From NCBI GenBank assembly GCA_963663385.2, contig CAXXXD010000003.1:928001-992000 (forward strand): 64,000 nt of DNA, in the 5' to 3' direction. The DNA comes from Oceanispirochaeta sp. GTDB taxonomy: Bacteria > Spirochaetota > Spirochaetia > DSM-2461. The position numbers were made by a program, and so were the translations under genes. A model generated the notes under the pieces. The model was given only the letters and a program-made list of their open reading frames with translations. It had not been told where the DNA came from and ran no database searches. Below are positions 35,710 to 46,327 of the stretch, in pieces (position 1 is the first letter of the stretch; every line of letters starts with the position of its first letter).

Positions 35710-38529
35710 ATGAGAAATATTATAGTCAAAGGTGCCCGTGAGCATAATTTAAAAGATGTAGACCTGGAACTGCCCAGGGATAAGTTCATTGTTATTTCCG
35801 GACTGAGCGGCAGCGGAAAGTCATCCCTTGCTTTTGATACCATATTTGCCGAAGGTCAGAGGCGTTATGTTGAATCACTGTCTGCCTATGCCCGGCAGTT
35901 TCTCGGCAAAATGGATAAACCCGATGTGGATTATATCGAAGGTTTATCTCCGGCCATTTCCATAGAACAGAAAACTACTCACAAAAATCCCCGGTCGACG
36001 GTCGGAACCATAACGGAGATCTATGACTACCTGAGACTCCTTTTTGCGCGGATAGGTGTTCCGCATTGTCCGGACTGCGGTATAGAGATCAAGGAACAGT
36101 CTGTTGACCAGATTATTGATGCGGTTGTCTCCAAGGAGGAGGAGAGCCGGCTGATGATTCTGGCTCCCATTGTCCGCGGTAAAAAGGGGGAACACCGGAA
36201 AATATTCGAAGATGCCCTGAAATCGGGATTCCTGCGGGTGAGGGTGGATGGAGAAATCCTTTCGCTGGAAGATGAGATAAAACTTGAAAAAAACAGAAAG
36301 CATACCATAGAAATTGTTGTGGATCGTGTGAAACTTTCGAAGGAGACCATATCCCGTTTAACCCAGTCTATCGAGACGGCTCTCTCCATCGCGGATGGAC
36401 AGGTCATCATACTGGATAAACGGAAGGAAGGAGATACGGAGCAGTTTTTTTCAGAGAAAAACTCCTGCCCCAGCTGCGGGTTCAGCATGCCTGAACTGCA
36501 GCCGCGCCTGTTCAGTTTTAATAATCCATACGGAGCCTGTCCGGATTGCTCGGGACTGGGACAGACCCTGGAATTCTCAAGAGACCTCATCTTTCCGGAT
36601 TTGAACCTCTCTTTCAATGAACACGGGGTAGCTCCCTACAATCCCAGTGCCAACTGGCACAGGAGCTGGTTTGAAGCTCTCTCCAGACATTACGGTTTCT
36701 CTCTTGATACGCCCCTGAAGGATCTGGATCCTGGGCTCCTGGATATCATGCTTTACGGATCGGACGATGCCATTGAAGTTCTCTACGAAAACAGGGAGGG
36801 AACCGGTCGCTTTGAGTACAATTCCCAGTACAAGGGGATTATAGACGATCTGAAGAGGCGGTACCGGGAGACTTCGTCGGACTCCATGAAAAGCTGGATT
36901 GAAGAGTTTATGGAGAAGCGGATCTGTCATAGCTGCGGCGGAAAAAGACTGAAAAAAGAGTCCCTCCATGTCCTTGTTCACAAGAGGAATATTGATGATC
37001 TGACAAGGCTTTCCATTAAGGAAAGTATTGCTTTTTTCAATAAACTGGAGCTGGGAGAAACGGAAAAGCATATTGCCCAGCAGATCCTGAAGGAGATCAG
37101 GGACCGATTGACTTTCCTGGAAAGTGTGGGCCTTGAGTACCTGACTCTGCACCGGGAAGCTGCCACTCTCTCAGGAGGAGAAGCGCAGCGCATACGCCTG
37201 GCAACCCAGATCGGTTCATCCCTTGTGGGGGTGCTCTATATTCTGGATGAGCCGACCATCGGACTGCATCAGAGAGATAATGAAAGGCTGATTAATACTC
37301 TCAAGCACTTGAGGGATATCGGAAATACCCTGATTGTCGTTGAGCATGATGAACAGACTCTGAGAACGGCAGACTATATTGTCGATATGGGACCGGGGGC
37401 CGGGGTTCACGGCGGACAGGTAGCCGCCAGGGGCTCTCTTCAGGATATTCTGGATAATCCCGGAAGTCCTACCGGGCAGTTTTTAAGCGGTAAGGTCAGA
37501 ATCGACTGCCCGGCGGAACGAAGGAAAGGGAATGGAAATCTGATTACCGTAAAAGGGGCGACAGAGCATAATCTGAAAAATGTGGATATCGCCATTCCCC
37601 TTGGAACCATGACTGTTATCACGGGAGTCTCCGGCTCCGGGAAATCAACATTCCTGACGGATATTCTCTATCCGGCTCTCAGCAATAGGCTTCACAGGAC
37701 CAAGCATCCCGTAGGGGCTCACAGGGAGATAAGCGGTCTGGAGAATATCGACAAGGTAATCTGTATCGATCAAAGCCCCATCGGGCGTACACCCCGATCC
37801 AATCCGGCAACGTATGTTGGACTTTTTTCTCCGGTAAGGGACCTTTTTGCCTCCCTGCCCGAATCAAAGGCCCGCGGATTCAAACCGGGCCGTTTCTCCT
37901 TTAATGTTAAAGGCGGGCGCTGCGAGCACTGTCAGGGAGCGGGTACCCAGAAAATTGAGATGCACTTTCTGCCCGATGTATATGTAACCTGCGATGTGTG
38001 CAAGGGAAAGCGCTTTAACAGGGAAACCCTGGATGTCCGATATAAGGGAAAGAATATTCATGAAGTCCTTGAACTCTCTGTAGACGATGCTGTCGATTTT
38101 TTCGCTGCGGTTCCTTCCATTGCTCATAAATGCCGGACCCTGCAGTCCGTCGGATTGGGGTATATCAAACTGGGGCAGTCTGCCCTGACCCTGTCCGGCG
38201 GTGAAGCACAGCGTGTTAAACTCTCCCTCGAACTGTCAAAGCGGCAGACGGGAAAAACTTTTTATATTATTGACGAACCGACTACCGGCCTTCATTTTGC
38301 GGATGTAAAGCAGCTTCTGGAAGTTCTGCAGACCCTTGTTGATAAGAAAAATACTATTTGTATGATCGAGCACAACCTTGATGTGATTAAACAGTCTGAT
38401 TATATCATCGATCTGGGGCCTGAAGGCGGGGATAAGGGCGGTAATATTGTCAAGGCGGGGACTCCGGAAGAAGTGGCGGAATGTGCTGATTCCTATACCG
38501 GACGATTCCTGAAAGAGCTGCTTATCTGA
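35710..38529 (+). CDS. uvrA: Excinuclease ABC subunit A
   Basis: Two Walker A motifs ([18 protein letters not shown]), LSGGEAQR twice, and Zn-finger CxxC pairs. Confidence 0.98.
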   Translation: MRNIIVKGAREHNLKDVDLELPRDKFIVISGLSGSGKSSLAFDTIFAEGQRRYVESLSAYARQFLGKMDKPDVDYIEGLSPAISIEQKTTHKNPRSTVGTITEIYDYLRLLFARIGVPHCPDCGIEIKEQSVDQIIDAVVSKEEESRLMILAPIVRGKKGEHRKIFEDALKSGFLRVRVDGEILSLEDEIKLEKNRKHTIEIVVDRVKLSKETISRLTQSIETALSIADGQVIILDKRKEGDTEQFFSEKNSCPSCGFSMPELQPRLFSFNNPYGACPDCSGLGQTLEFSRDLIFPDLNLSFNEHGVAPYNPSANWHRSWFEALSRHYGFSLDTPLKDLDPGLLDIMLYGSDDAIEVLYENREGTGRFEYNSQYKGIIDDLKRRYRETSSDSMKSWIEEFMEKRICHSCGGKRLKKESLHVLVHKRNIDDLTRLSIKESIAFFNKLELGETEKHIAQQILKEIRDRLTFLESVGLEYLTLHREAATLSGGEAQRIRLATQIGSSLVGVLYILDEPTIGLHQRDNERLINTLKHLRDIGNTLIVVEHDEQTLRTADYIVDMGPGAGVHGGQVAARGSLQDILDNPGSPTGQFLSGKVRIDCPAERRKGNGNLITVKGATEHNLKNVDIAIPLGTMTVITGVSGSGKSTFLTDILYPALSNRLHRTKHPVGAHREISGLENIDKVICIDQSPIGRTPRSNPATYVGLFSPVRDLFASLPESKARGFKPGRFSFNVKGGRCEHCQGAGTQKIEMHFLPDVYVTCDVCKGKRFNRETLDVRYKGKNIHEVLELSVDDAVDFFAAVPSIAHKCRTLQSVGLGYIKLGQSALTLSGGEAQRVKLSLELSKRQTGKTFYIIDEPTTGLHFADVKQLLEVLQTLVDKKNTICMIEHNLDVIKQSDYIIDLGPEGGDKGGNIVKAGTPEEVAECADSYTGRFLKELLI

Positions 38530-38530
38530 A

Positions 38531-41500
38531 ATGACAAATAAAAAACAGGCTCTTTTCTTTGTGTTATTCTTTCTTCTCGTCTCTTTTATTCCTGCCAGGG
38601 AAATGGTGAGTGCTTCTTCCCGGGAAGAAGCGGTATCAGAGGCGGACACAGCTTCACAGGATGATCCTCTGATATCGGATGAGGATAGGGACGAAACGGA
38701 ACGTTCCGAAGAGAATCTTCCTGCGGCGGAAGAGTCTGAGTCTCTTTATGAGAAAACCCTGAAGAGGGATATCGAGACTGCCGGATATTATGAACTCCTT
38801 GCCTGGGTGCGCAGTCTGAACCTGCCGGATCAGGGGAATATCGATGTTTTAAGGAACCAGCTTTATACTTTCTATGAGATTACAAGGAGTAGAAAAGCCT
38901 CTCCTGCGGGTTCACTGATTATCATTAAATCCGCCAAGGATACGGACTATTTTACCATTGAAGAAAAGGATCATCAGATGATCCGTCTGAAAGGGAATGT
39001 GCTTGTAGAGATGGAGGAAGGTGATTCCAACCGGAAGCATATAATAAGCGCGGATGAGCTGATTTTCAATCAGACGGAGAAAACCATAACCGCCCAGGGT
39101 AATCTGGAATATAAAATGATCAGCGGAGACTATGAGGACCTGTTTTACGGCGACAGCTTAACCTTTTCCATCTCTTCCTGGAACGGTGTCATTTTTAAAG
39201 GATCCTCCCATCGGAAAGAAGTCGTGGAGGGTGTGGAACGTACCTTTTATTTTAACGGCGAACTGATTCGTAAATCTGGAAAGGGCGGCGTTTTTATTCT
39301 GGAGGATGGTTCTGTTCAAACCCAGGATGTGAATGATCCGGACTTCCATCTTGAAGCTCAGAGGCTTTGGCTGATGGGACCGAAGGAGTGGGGTATCAGG
39401 CATGGAATCCTCTATATCGGTCATGTTCCGGTTCTTTATATTCCCTTCTATTACAAGCCGGGAAATGAAATGATTTTTAATCCCGTCATCGGATCACGAA
39501 TGCGGGAAGGCAATTTTATTCAGACAACCACCTACCTGATAGGACGGAAAGATGCCAGCCAGGATCTGTCTTTTTTTAAACTTGGAGATACAAACGAGCA
39601 AAATTACAAGCTGGTCCGGGAAGGCTTGTATTTAATGAAGATTAATGAACCTCCTGACGAAAAGACAGATGATTCCCTTAAGGTGATGGGCGACTGGTAC
39701 TCCCGTCTGGGAGCCTTTACGGGAATCGACGGTGAGTTTTACAACAAGGGGATTCTGAACAGTATTGATTTCACAAGCGGAATCGGTGTAAGCCGTACAA
39801 TCAGTGATGCAAATAATATCTACTATCTCGATGAATCCGGGTATGTGGAGGACTGGAACAGCACTGTTGTAGGAACAGAAGAGTATCCCTTTCGCTGGGG
39901 ACAGACCCTCTCTTTTAAAACAGACAGTCTGACCGGCTCTTTCCAATTCTATTCGGATCCCTATTTTAATCAGGATTTCAGGGACAGGGAGGAGTCATTT
40001 GACTGGCTGAATACATTAATGACCAATGATATGAGCGAAGAAGATGATCCCGACCTAATAACGGATATGGACTGGATACTGAGTTATTCCCACACGTTTA
40101 CTCCTTCCTTTCTGTCTCCTGCAGTCAATAGTATTAACCTTTCAGAGGTGCGTTTTCAGGTGGACTGGAACAGGAAGGAGAACCAGTCGGACAGCCTGAT
40201 TTATGACAATGATCCTGCCAGGGAGTTTTTCTATCCGGAAAGTGTCAGTCTGCCTTATGCCAAGATCAGCATTGGAGGCACGCCGCTCTCCTATTCTACC
40301 GCTGAAGGCTGGGGATGGAAAAAAAACGAGACCCGGACAGAATTGATTGACGGGGAAGATGATCTGATCCCACCCTGGGCTTCTGATGACGCTCCAGATG
40401 AAGAAGAAGAGGTTCGGGATGAAGAGAAATTGATGCCCGGTGAGTTCTGGAGCCCCCGTTTTACGGATTATACGACCACCATTTATAAAAACTCACTGAC
40501 CTACACAATGTCTTCCATGATAAATATGGAATCCGAAACCAGTCATGATGAGTGGGACTCTCCGGATGAAGTTGAATTCGGAGTGGATGAGTCTCTTTTC
40601 ATAACAAATAATTCCCTGTCAACTAAGTTCGATAATCAGTTTTTTGACAATATTTTCGGTATCGTCAATTCCAATGCCTACTCGGTAAACTATAGGACAC
40701 ACCTGAATACGCTGGGGGCCGATACATCGCTTCTGGAATACAGTGATGATCTGAGCGACTATCAATACCATTCCATCAACTGGAACAACGATCTGAATGC
40801 CTATTTCTACCCATTGAAATCTTCAAAGGAGTTTTCCCAGTCCAAATGGACTTACAATTTTGATAATCTTTTATACGAAAAAACGTTTGACAGCTATATT
40901 GAGGGGGAAAGCCCTCTATATGATGAAAACTGGGCTTCCTGGGATGAGGAGGGGATCGACAGGCACAATACGGGGATCCTGATAAAATACAATCCCGATT
41001 TTTACTATATCAGCACAAATGCCGTGTTTGATCTTCCCCCTATGGACAGAAAGGATTCCTATACGAATCAGGCCGGATTAACAATTTTCAACTGGACCTC
41101 AAATCTGAGCCAATCCATTACTCTGGAAGAAGATGAATGGACTTACCTGCCCCTTGTTTTTACCAATATCTATAAACCTTTTGATAAGCTCAGATTAGAA
41201 CAGGATTTAACCTATGACTTTGAGGAGGACTCCCTTTCCAAAAGCCGTTCCTATATCAAAGCATGGGGGTACTATATGGAATATACCCGTGAGTATACCA
41301 CCCCCTATACCTGGGACCGGCAGGAACTGGACTGGATTGAAGAGGAGAAGGCATTTGTTCCCTCCCGTTTCAGTACCGGGTATACATGGGATTTTGATAG
41401 GGATAAGCTATGGAAAAACAGAATTACCACAAGCTCTGACCTTACACTGGACTGGTCAGTCAATCTGCAGCAGTTTAACAATAATACCTTAAGCTTCAAG

Positions 41501-41899
41501 TGGAACTATAATTTCCGGATCTATCAATTTATGGACTTAAAGTTTTCCATGGTATCCAGTAATAACAATATGTACCTTTACATCCCCTACTATAGAGAGA
41601 AATTCGACATAGAAGAGGAGTACAGTTTTCTGGATGACCTGAAAAAATCCTTTTATCTATTTAATGAACAGGAGCGTTATGAATCCTATTTTAATCTTGA
41701 AAAAATAAATCTCACTCTTGTTCACCATCTGCGGGAATGGGACCTGACTCTCTCCTATTCCGGAGTTCCGAAGCTGGAGGATAAGAGGTATAACTGGAAA
41801 TCGGAATTCTCCATCTTCCTCAAATGGAATCCAATCCCCCAGATTCAGTCGGACATCCAATATAAGGATGAACAGTGGCTTGTCGATACCGAGTCCTGA
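38531..41899 (+). CDS. Large outer-membrane protein, LptD-like (spirochetal type)
   Basis: Signal peptide, an OstA-like beta-jellyroll (LKGNV..ISADELIFN..ITAQGN), VPVLYIPF, then long aromatic-rich beta-strand regions. Follows uvrA, as recalled for Treponema. Confidence 0.72.
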   Translation: MTNKKQALFFVLFFLLVSFIPAREMVSASSREEAVSEADTASQDDPLISDEDRDETERSEENLPAAEESESLYEKTLKRDIETAGYYELLAWVRSLNLPDQGNIDVLRNQLYTFYEITRSRKASPAGSLIIIKSAKDTDYFTIEEKDHQMIRLKGNVLVEMEEGDSNRKHIISADELIFNQTEKTITAQGNLEYKMISGDYEDLFYGDSLTFSISSWNGVIFKGSSHRKEVVEGVERTFYFNGELIRKSGKGGVFILEDGSVQTQDVNDPDFHLEAQRLWLMGPKEWGIRHGILYIGHVPVLYIPFYYKPGNEMIFNPVIGSRMREGNFIQTTTYLIGRKDASQDLSFFKLGDTNEQNYKLVREGLYLMKINEPPDEKTDDSLKVMGDWYSRLGAFTGIDGEFYNKGILNSIDFTSGIGVSRTISDANNIYYLDESGYVEDWNSTVVGTEEYPFRWGQTLSFKTDSLTGSFQFYSDPYFNQDFRDREESFDWLNTLMTNDMSEEDDPDLITDMDWILSYSHTFTPSFLSPAVNSINLSEVRFQVDWNRKENQSDSLIYDNDPAREFFYPESVSLPYAKISIGGTPLSYSTAEGWGWKKNETRTELIDGEDDLIPPWASDDAPDEEEEVRDEEKLMPGEFWSPRFTDYTTTIYKNSLTYTMSSMINMESETSHDEWDSPDEVEFGVDESLFITNNSLSTKFDNQFFDNIFGIVNSNAYSVNYRTHLNTLGADTSLLEYSDDLSDYQYHSINWNNDLNAYFYPLKSSKEFSQSKWTYNFDNLLYEKTFDSYIEGESPLYDENWASWDEEGIDRHNTGILIKYNPDFYYISTNAVFDLPPMDRKDSYTNQAGLTIFNWTSNLSQSITLEEDEWTYLPLVFTNIYKPFDKLRLEQDLTYDFEEDSLSKSRSYIKAWGYYMEYTREYTTPYTWDRQELDWIEEEKAFVPSRFSTGYTWDFDRDKLWKNRITTSSDLTLDWSVNLQQFNNNTLSFKWNYNFRIYQFMDLKFSMVSSNNNMYLYIPYYREKFDIEEEYSFLDDLKKSFYLFNEQERYESYFNLEKINLTLVHHLREWDLTLSYSGVPKLEDKRYNWKSEFSIFLKWNPIPQIQSDIQYKDEQWLVDTES

Positions 41900-41910
41900 G
41901 CCGGGCCTTC

Positions 41911-41940
41911 TTGACTACCGGAAGGTTCTGACGTTAAACT
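41911..41940 (+). promoter_or_regulatory. Putative sigma70 promoter for the phoH operon
   Basis: TTGACT-18 nt-TAAACT. Confidence 0.5.
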
Positions 41941-41961
41941 GACAGATAACAAGGAACACAT

Positions 41962-42921
41962 TTGACAAAAACAGACTTGATAACAATTGATGATCCGGAG
42001 CTTTTAAGAAAAATCTGCGGACCTCATGATCGGAATCTGAAACAACTGGAAAATCTCCTTAGTTCCAAAATATACACCAGAGGTAATGAAATACATCTGG
42101 ATGGTAATAATTCTGATCAAGCCAGTCTCTTCCGGCAAATCATAAAAGAAATGGAATATTCCGCAAAAAACGACAGACTTACGGATAAATATATGGTGAA
42201 GACCATATTCGATGCCTGTTCGTCCGGAGACCGGAAGGATAGAGAACAGCTGAGGGATTCCGGGCTGAATATCCCCGGGGGGGTATCTAAGATTATCCCG
42301 CGAAATCTGAATCAGCAGTATTACATGGACACTATGAGGAACCATGATCTGGTATTCGGTCTTGGCCCGGCGGGAACGGGGAAAACCTATCTGGCTATTG
42401 CCTATGCCCTGAGTGAAGTTCTGGGCAGGCGCTGCCGGAAGCTGATACTGTCCCGACCTGTTATTGAAGCAGGTGAAAATCTCGGGTACCTGCCGGGAGA
42501 TCTGACCCAGAAACTGGATCCCTATCTTAAACCTCTATATGACGCGATGGAGGATCTTCTGCAGCCGGGAACTCTTCAAAGGATGCACGAAAATAACATG
42601 ATAGAAATTTCACCCCTTGCCTATATGAGAGGCCGGAGCCTGCGTAACAGTATCATCGTTCTTGATGAAGCGCAGAATACAACCCGGGAACAGATGAAGA
42701 TGTTTCTGACCCGTCTGGGAGAGGGTTCCCGTGCCATTGTCACAGGTGATGTTACCCAGATTGATCTGCCCTGTAAGGAGAAATCCGGTTTAATTCAGGG
42801 GATCGGAATATTAAAAGGTGTAAAGGGTATAGGTTTTGCCTCCTTTACAAGAGAAGATGTGGTCAGGCACCACCTGGTTAAAAAAATATTAGAGGCATAT
42901 GAACAGGAACATTCGAGCTAG
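41962..42921 (+). CDS. phoH: PhoH-like ATPase
   Basis: GPAGTGKT, RP.IEAGE.LGYLPG, AYMRGRSL, DEAQN and GDVTQIDL motifs. Confidence 0.93.
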   Translation: MTKTDLITIDDPELLRKICGPHDRNLKQLENLLSSKIYTRGNEIHLDGNNSDQASLFRQIIKEMEYSAKNDRLTDKYMVKTIFDACSSGDRKDREQLRDSGLNIPGGVSKIIPRNLNQQYYMDTMRNHDLVFGLGPAGTGKTYLAIAYALSEVLGRRCRKLILSRPVIEAGENLGYLPGDLTQKLDPYLKPLYDAMEDLLQPGTLQRMHENNMIEISPLAYMRGRSLRNSIIVLDEAQNTTREQMKMFLTRLGEGSRAIVTGDVTQIDLPCKEKSGLIQGIGILKGVKGIGFASFTREDVVRHHLVKKILEAYEQEHSS

Positions 42922-45097
42922 TTTTCTGGAACACCCTTTTGTTTCAGATAATAAGACAATGAACAGGCACTACCTTGTTCTCTATTACTTTTTCTTTGTT
43001 CTGACAATTCTTATTGTTACCCAATTTGATAATTTATTTCTCCGTGACAGCTACTATGGCTACCGGGAAGGCGACAGGGTAGAGGAGACTGTTTATCTGG
43101 ATAAATCCCTCTCCTACATTGACGAAAGTGCAACAGAGAAGAAAAGAACCCTGGCCATGGAGATGATTCTTCCGGTCTATGTAATTAAAGAAGATATAAA
43201 TGAGAGGATCCTGGATCAGTACGGGTTGTTCAAGCAGAGCCTAGCCGAGGTTATTGCCACTGATTTTCCCCCGGGAGAAATGGCAGCTCTGGAAGAACAG
43301 TATCCCGGTTTTCAATACCTTGGAAATCTTCGGGATATTGATTCTGTCAGACTGAACCTTATGATGTCTACTATTCAGGATACACTGGAAACTCTCCTGG
43401 CAAGGGGGGTTTTGAGCCGTCTGAATGATGAAGAAACCGGAACAACCGGTCTGATAGAGATCTTCCGTACAGAAATAGGTGAAAAATCTACCGTCCTGGC
43501 GGATAAAACCCTTACAATTGATAACTGGCAGATTCTGGTTCGGGAGATGCTGAGTAATTATGATTTCAATCCGGGAGAGTTGAAATTCATAGAGCTTATT
43601 GTCTATTATTTTCTGGAACCCAACTGTTTTTACAGTTCGGAACTGACGGAGCTGAAATATCAGGAGATCAATAAGACCATGACTCCCGTCTGGATTAAAC
43701 TGGAATCAGGAGATTCTCTTTTAACCAGGGGGACCATTATCACAGCGTCTGAGCTTAAGAAAATAGACGCCGTTAAGAACAGCAGGGGCAGGATTCGTAT
43801 TAATTCCATAATCAGTCCGTTTCTCTATACGGTTCTTGTGTTCCTTTTTCTGTTAGTCCTTCTTATTGTGTTTCCATCTGCCAGGGGACTGCTTGAGAAT
43901 CCCCATCTCATTTTTCTCCTCTCCTGGTTTCAGATAGCTATTTCCCTTGTTTTATTCCGGCTCTTTTCTGATCCGGGCGCAATTCCGGCAGTTCTTTATC
44001 TGCCTATAGGGTTAACAGCCATTCTTATGGCTATTCTGACTGATAGAAGAGCTGCTCTGATTTTTATTACAGTACAATCCGTATTTATCTTTTTTGTATT
44101 GGATTTTCATGCCCAGGCTTTTTTTATGACCCTGTTTACAGGTTACGGAGCCTGTCTTGTTATTGAAGGGGCGGAGAAACGGATCGACCTGATAAAGGGC
44201 GGAGTATTTCTGGCTCTGGTAGAAATTGTACTGCTGGGTGTTCTGTTTCTTGTTTTTCCCCTTCCCTTGAAAATAATGCTGCTCTCTTTTGCAGTGGCTG
44301 CCCTTAACGGAATTATCAGCGGTTTTCTATCTCTCACCATACTGCCCCTTTTCGAACATATCCTTAATGCCTGTACGACTTTCCGGCTGCAGGAACTGTC
44401 GGATTTGAATGCACCATTGCTTAAAAGGATGCTGGCTCTTGCACCGGGAACGTATGCCCATTCCATGAATGTGGCCAATCTGGCCGAGACGGGCTGCCGG
44501 AATATCGGTTCGGATGCTTTGCTTGCCAGAGTGGGAGCTTATTATCACGATATTGGAAAAATTGATCAGTCCGCCTATTTCAGCGAAAACCAGAAAGACT
44601 ATAATAAGCATGATGATCTGAAAACAACCCTATCTGTTGCAGTTATAAAATCTCATGTTAAAATCGGGATAGAAAAAGCCCGGGAATTGAACCTGCCCGG
44701 AAAAGTTATAAGCATTATTGCCCAGCATCATGGTACGAGTGTGATAGAATACTTCTACCAGAGAGCTGTAAAGGAGAAAGGGAGTGAGAATGTTTCTCTG
44801 GAAGACTATTCTCACTCAGGTCCCAAGCCGCAGTCAAAAGAGGCGGCCGTTGTTATGCTGGCTGATATGGCTGAAGCAGCTACCAGGAGTATGTCCAAGC
44901 CGACTCTGGCCAAACTGGAAAAATCCCTGTGGGATCTGATCATGCTCCGTTTTAAAGATGGAGAACTGAATGAGTGCGGAATGACCCTGCAGGAACTTGA
45001 GACAATTAAAACATCATTTGTACATGTTCTGACAGGACAGTATCATACAAGAATTGAATACCCCGATAGAGAAAGGAATCAAGATGAGCGAGATTGA
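42899..45097 (+). CDS. 7TM-HD membrane phosphohydrolase (PgpH-like)
   Basis: Extracytoplasmic domain and about 7 TM helices, then APGTYAHS, YHDIGK, F.ENQ, QHHGT and MLAD..EAA. Confidence 0.88.
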   Translation: MNRNIRASFLEHPFVSDNKTMNRHYLVLYYFFFVLTILIVTQFDNLFLRDSYYGYREGDRVEETVYLDKSLSYIDESATEKKRTLAMEMILPVYVIKEDINERILDQYGLFKQSLAEVIATDFPPGEMAALEEQYPGFQYLGNLRDIDSVRLNLMMSTIQDTLETLLARGVLSRLNDEETGTTGLIEIFRTEIGEKSTVLADKTLTIDNWQILVREMLSNYDFNPGELKFIELIVYYFLEPNCFYSSELTELKYQEINKTMTPVWIKLESGDSLLTRGTIITASELKKIDAVKNSRGRIRINSIISPFLYTVLVFLFLLVLLIVFPSARGLLENPHLIFLLSWFQIAISLVLFRLFSDPGAIPAVLYLPIGLTAILMAILTDRRAALIFITVQSVFIFFVLDFHAQAFFMTLFTGYGACLVIEGAEKRIDLIKGGVFLALVEIVLLGVLFLVFPLPLKIMLLSFAVAALNGIISGFLSLTILPLFEHILNACTTFRLQELSDLNAPLLKRMLALAPGTYAHSMNVANLAETGCRNIGSDALLARVGAYYHDIGKIDQSAYFSENQKDYNKHDDLKTTLSVAVIKSHVKIGIEKARELNLPGKVISIIAQHHGTSVIEYFYQRAVKEKGSENVSLEDYSHSGPKPQSKEAAVVMLADMAEAATRSMSKPTLAKLEKSLWDLIMLRFKDGELNECGMTLQELETIKTSFVHVLTGQYHTRIEYPDRERNQDERD

Positions 45098-45542
45098 CAT
45101 AATTTCACAACTGGAGCAGGAACCGGCATGGCTGGATAAACTGGAATTATTTGTGAATACACTTCTGGAGCAGGAAGATCTTGCAAATTGGGAAATTTCA
45201 TTGACTCTCTGTCATGATCCTTATATAAAGGAATTAAACAGTCTGTACAGGGGCAAAGATGAACCGACAGATGTTCTTTCATTCTGTCAGAATGAAGGAG
45301 AGCTGATCAATCAGCAGGAAACGGAACTCTTTTCTGCCGGGGATATTGTCATTTCAATGGATACTTTGAACAGGCATGCTGTTGAATTTGACGTGTCCCT
45401 GGAGGAAGAACTGAAACGTGTTATTATTCACGGGGTTCTGCATCTGAAAGGTATGGAACACGAAACAAACGATCTGGGAGAAAAAATGCTGAAGCACCAG
45501 GAAGAAATTTTGGACAATTTAAGGTCGTTCAGGATTTTTTGA
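45084..45542 (+). CDS. ybeY: rRNA maturation endoribonuclease YbeY
   Basis: PTDVLSF, GDIVIS and HGVLHLKGMEH motifs. Confidence 0.95.
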   Translation: MSEIDIISQLEQEPAWLDKLELFVNTLLEQEDLANWEISLTLCHDPYIKELNSLYRGKDEPTDVLSFCQNEGELINQQETELFSAGDIVISMDTLNRHAVEFDVSLEEELKRVIIHGVLHLKGMEHETNDLGEKMLKHQEEILDNLRSFRIF

Positions 45543-46327
45543 TGAATTTTTTAAAACAGCTTTTTGGTAGAAGTCACTCAAGAGATACTATAGTCGATCA
45601 TGAATCATTAACCGATTTGAATTCGGAAGAACAGGGAATGATCCAGGGAATTGTGGAATTGTCTGAAACAACAATCAAAGAGGTCATTATCCCCCGGATT
45701 GATGTTGTCTTTATTGATGTGGACAGTGAGCAGGAAGATCTGTTTGAAATACTGACTCAGTCCGGTCATTCCCGTTTTCCGGTTTACCAGGATACCATTG
45801 ATAATGTAGTGGGTGTCCTCTATGTCAAAGATCTTCTTGAGTTTATGACTAAAAAAGAAAGTTTTAAAATCCGGGATATTATGAGAAAGGCCTACTTCGT
45901 CCCCGAGAGTATGAAACTGGATTCTCTTCTGAAGGAGTTCAAGCACCGGCGGGTTCATATCGCCATTGCCGTTGATGAATATGGAGGGGTTTCAGGTATA
46001 GTCTGTATGGAAGACATCATCGAAGAGATTGTTGGTGATATTCAGGATGAGTTTGACAATGAAGAAGACGATATCCTTGAAATCGGGCCTGATACATACC
46101 TCTGTGATGCGCGAATTGATCTGGAAGATCTTAATGAACATATTAAAAAAGATCTGCCCGATGATAAATTCGATACCCTGGGCGGATTTGTTTTCGATTT
46201 ATTCGGGAAAATCCCAGTACGCTATGAAAAAGTTTCCTATGAAAACCTGGATTTTATTATTCAATCCGTGGAAGGGCATAAAATTAAAACCGTAAAGGTC
46301 GTTCTAAATGATCAAGGGAAAACTTAA
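45542..46327 (+). CDS. CBS-CorC domain protein (CorC/TlyC family)
   Basis: IPRID, HSRFPV, VDEYGG..G...EDIIEEIVG and TLGG motifs. Confidence 0.9.
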   Translation: MNFLKQLFGRSHSRDTIVDHESLTDLNSEEQGMIQGIVELSETTIKEVIIPRIDVVFIDVDSEQEDLFEILTQSGHSRFPVYQDTIDNVVGVLYVKDLLEFMTKKESFKIRDIMRKAYFVPESMKLDSLLKEFKHRRVHIAIAVDEYGGVSGIVCMEDIIEEIVGDIQDEFDNEEDDILEIGPDTYLCDARIDLEDLNEHIKKDLPDDKFDTLGGFVFDLFGKIPVRYEKVSYENLDFIIQSVEGHKIKTVKVVLNDQGKT

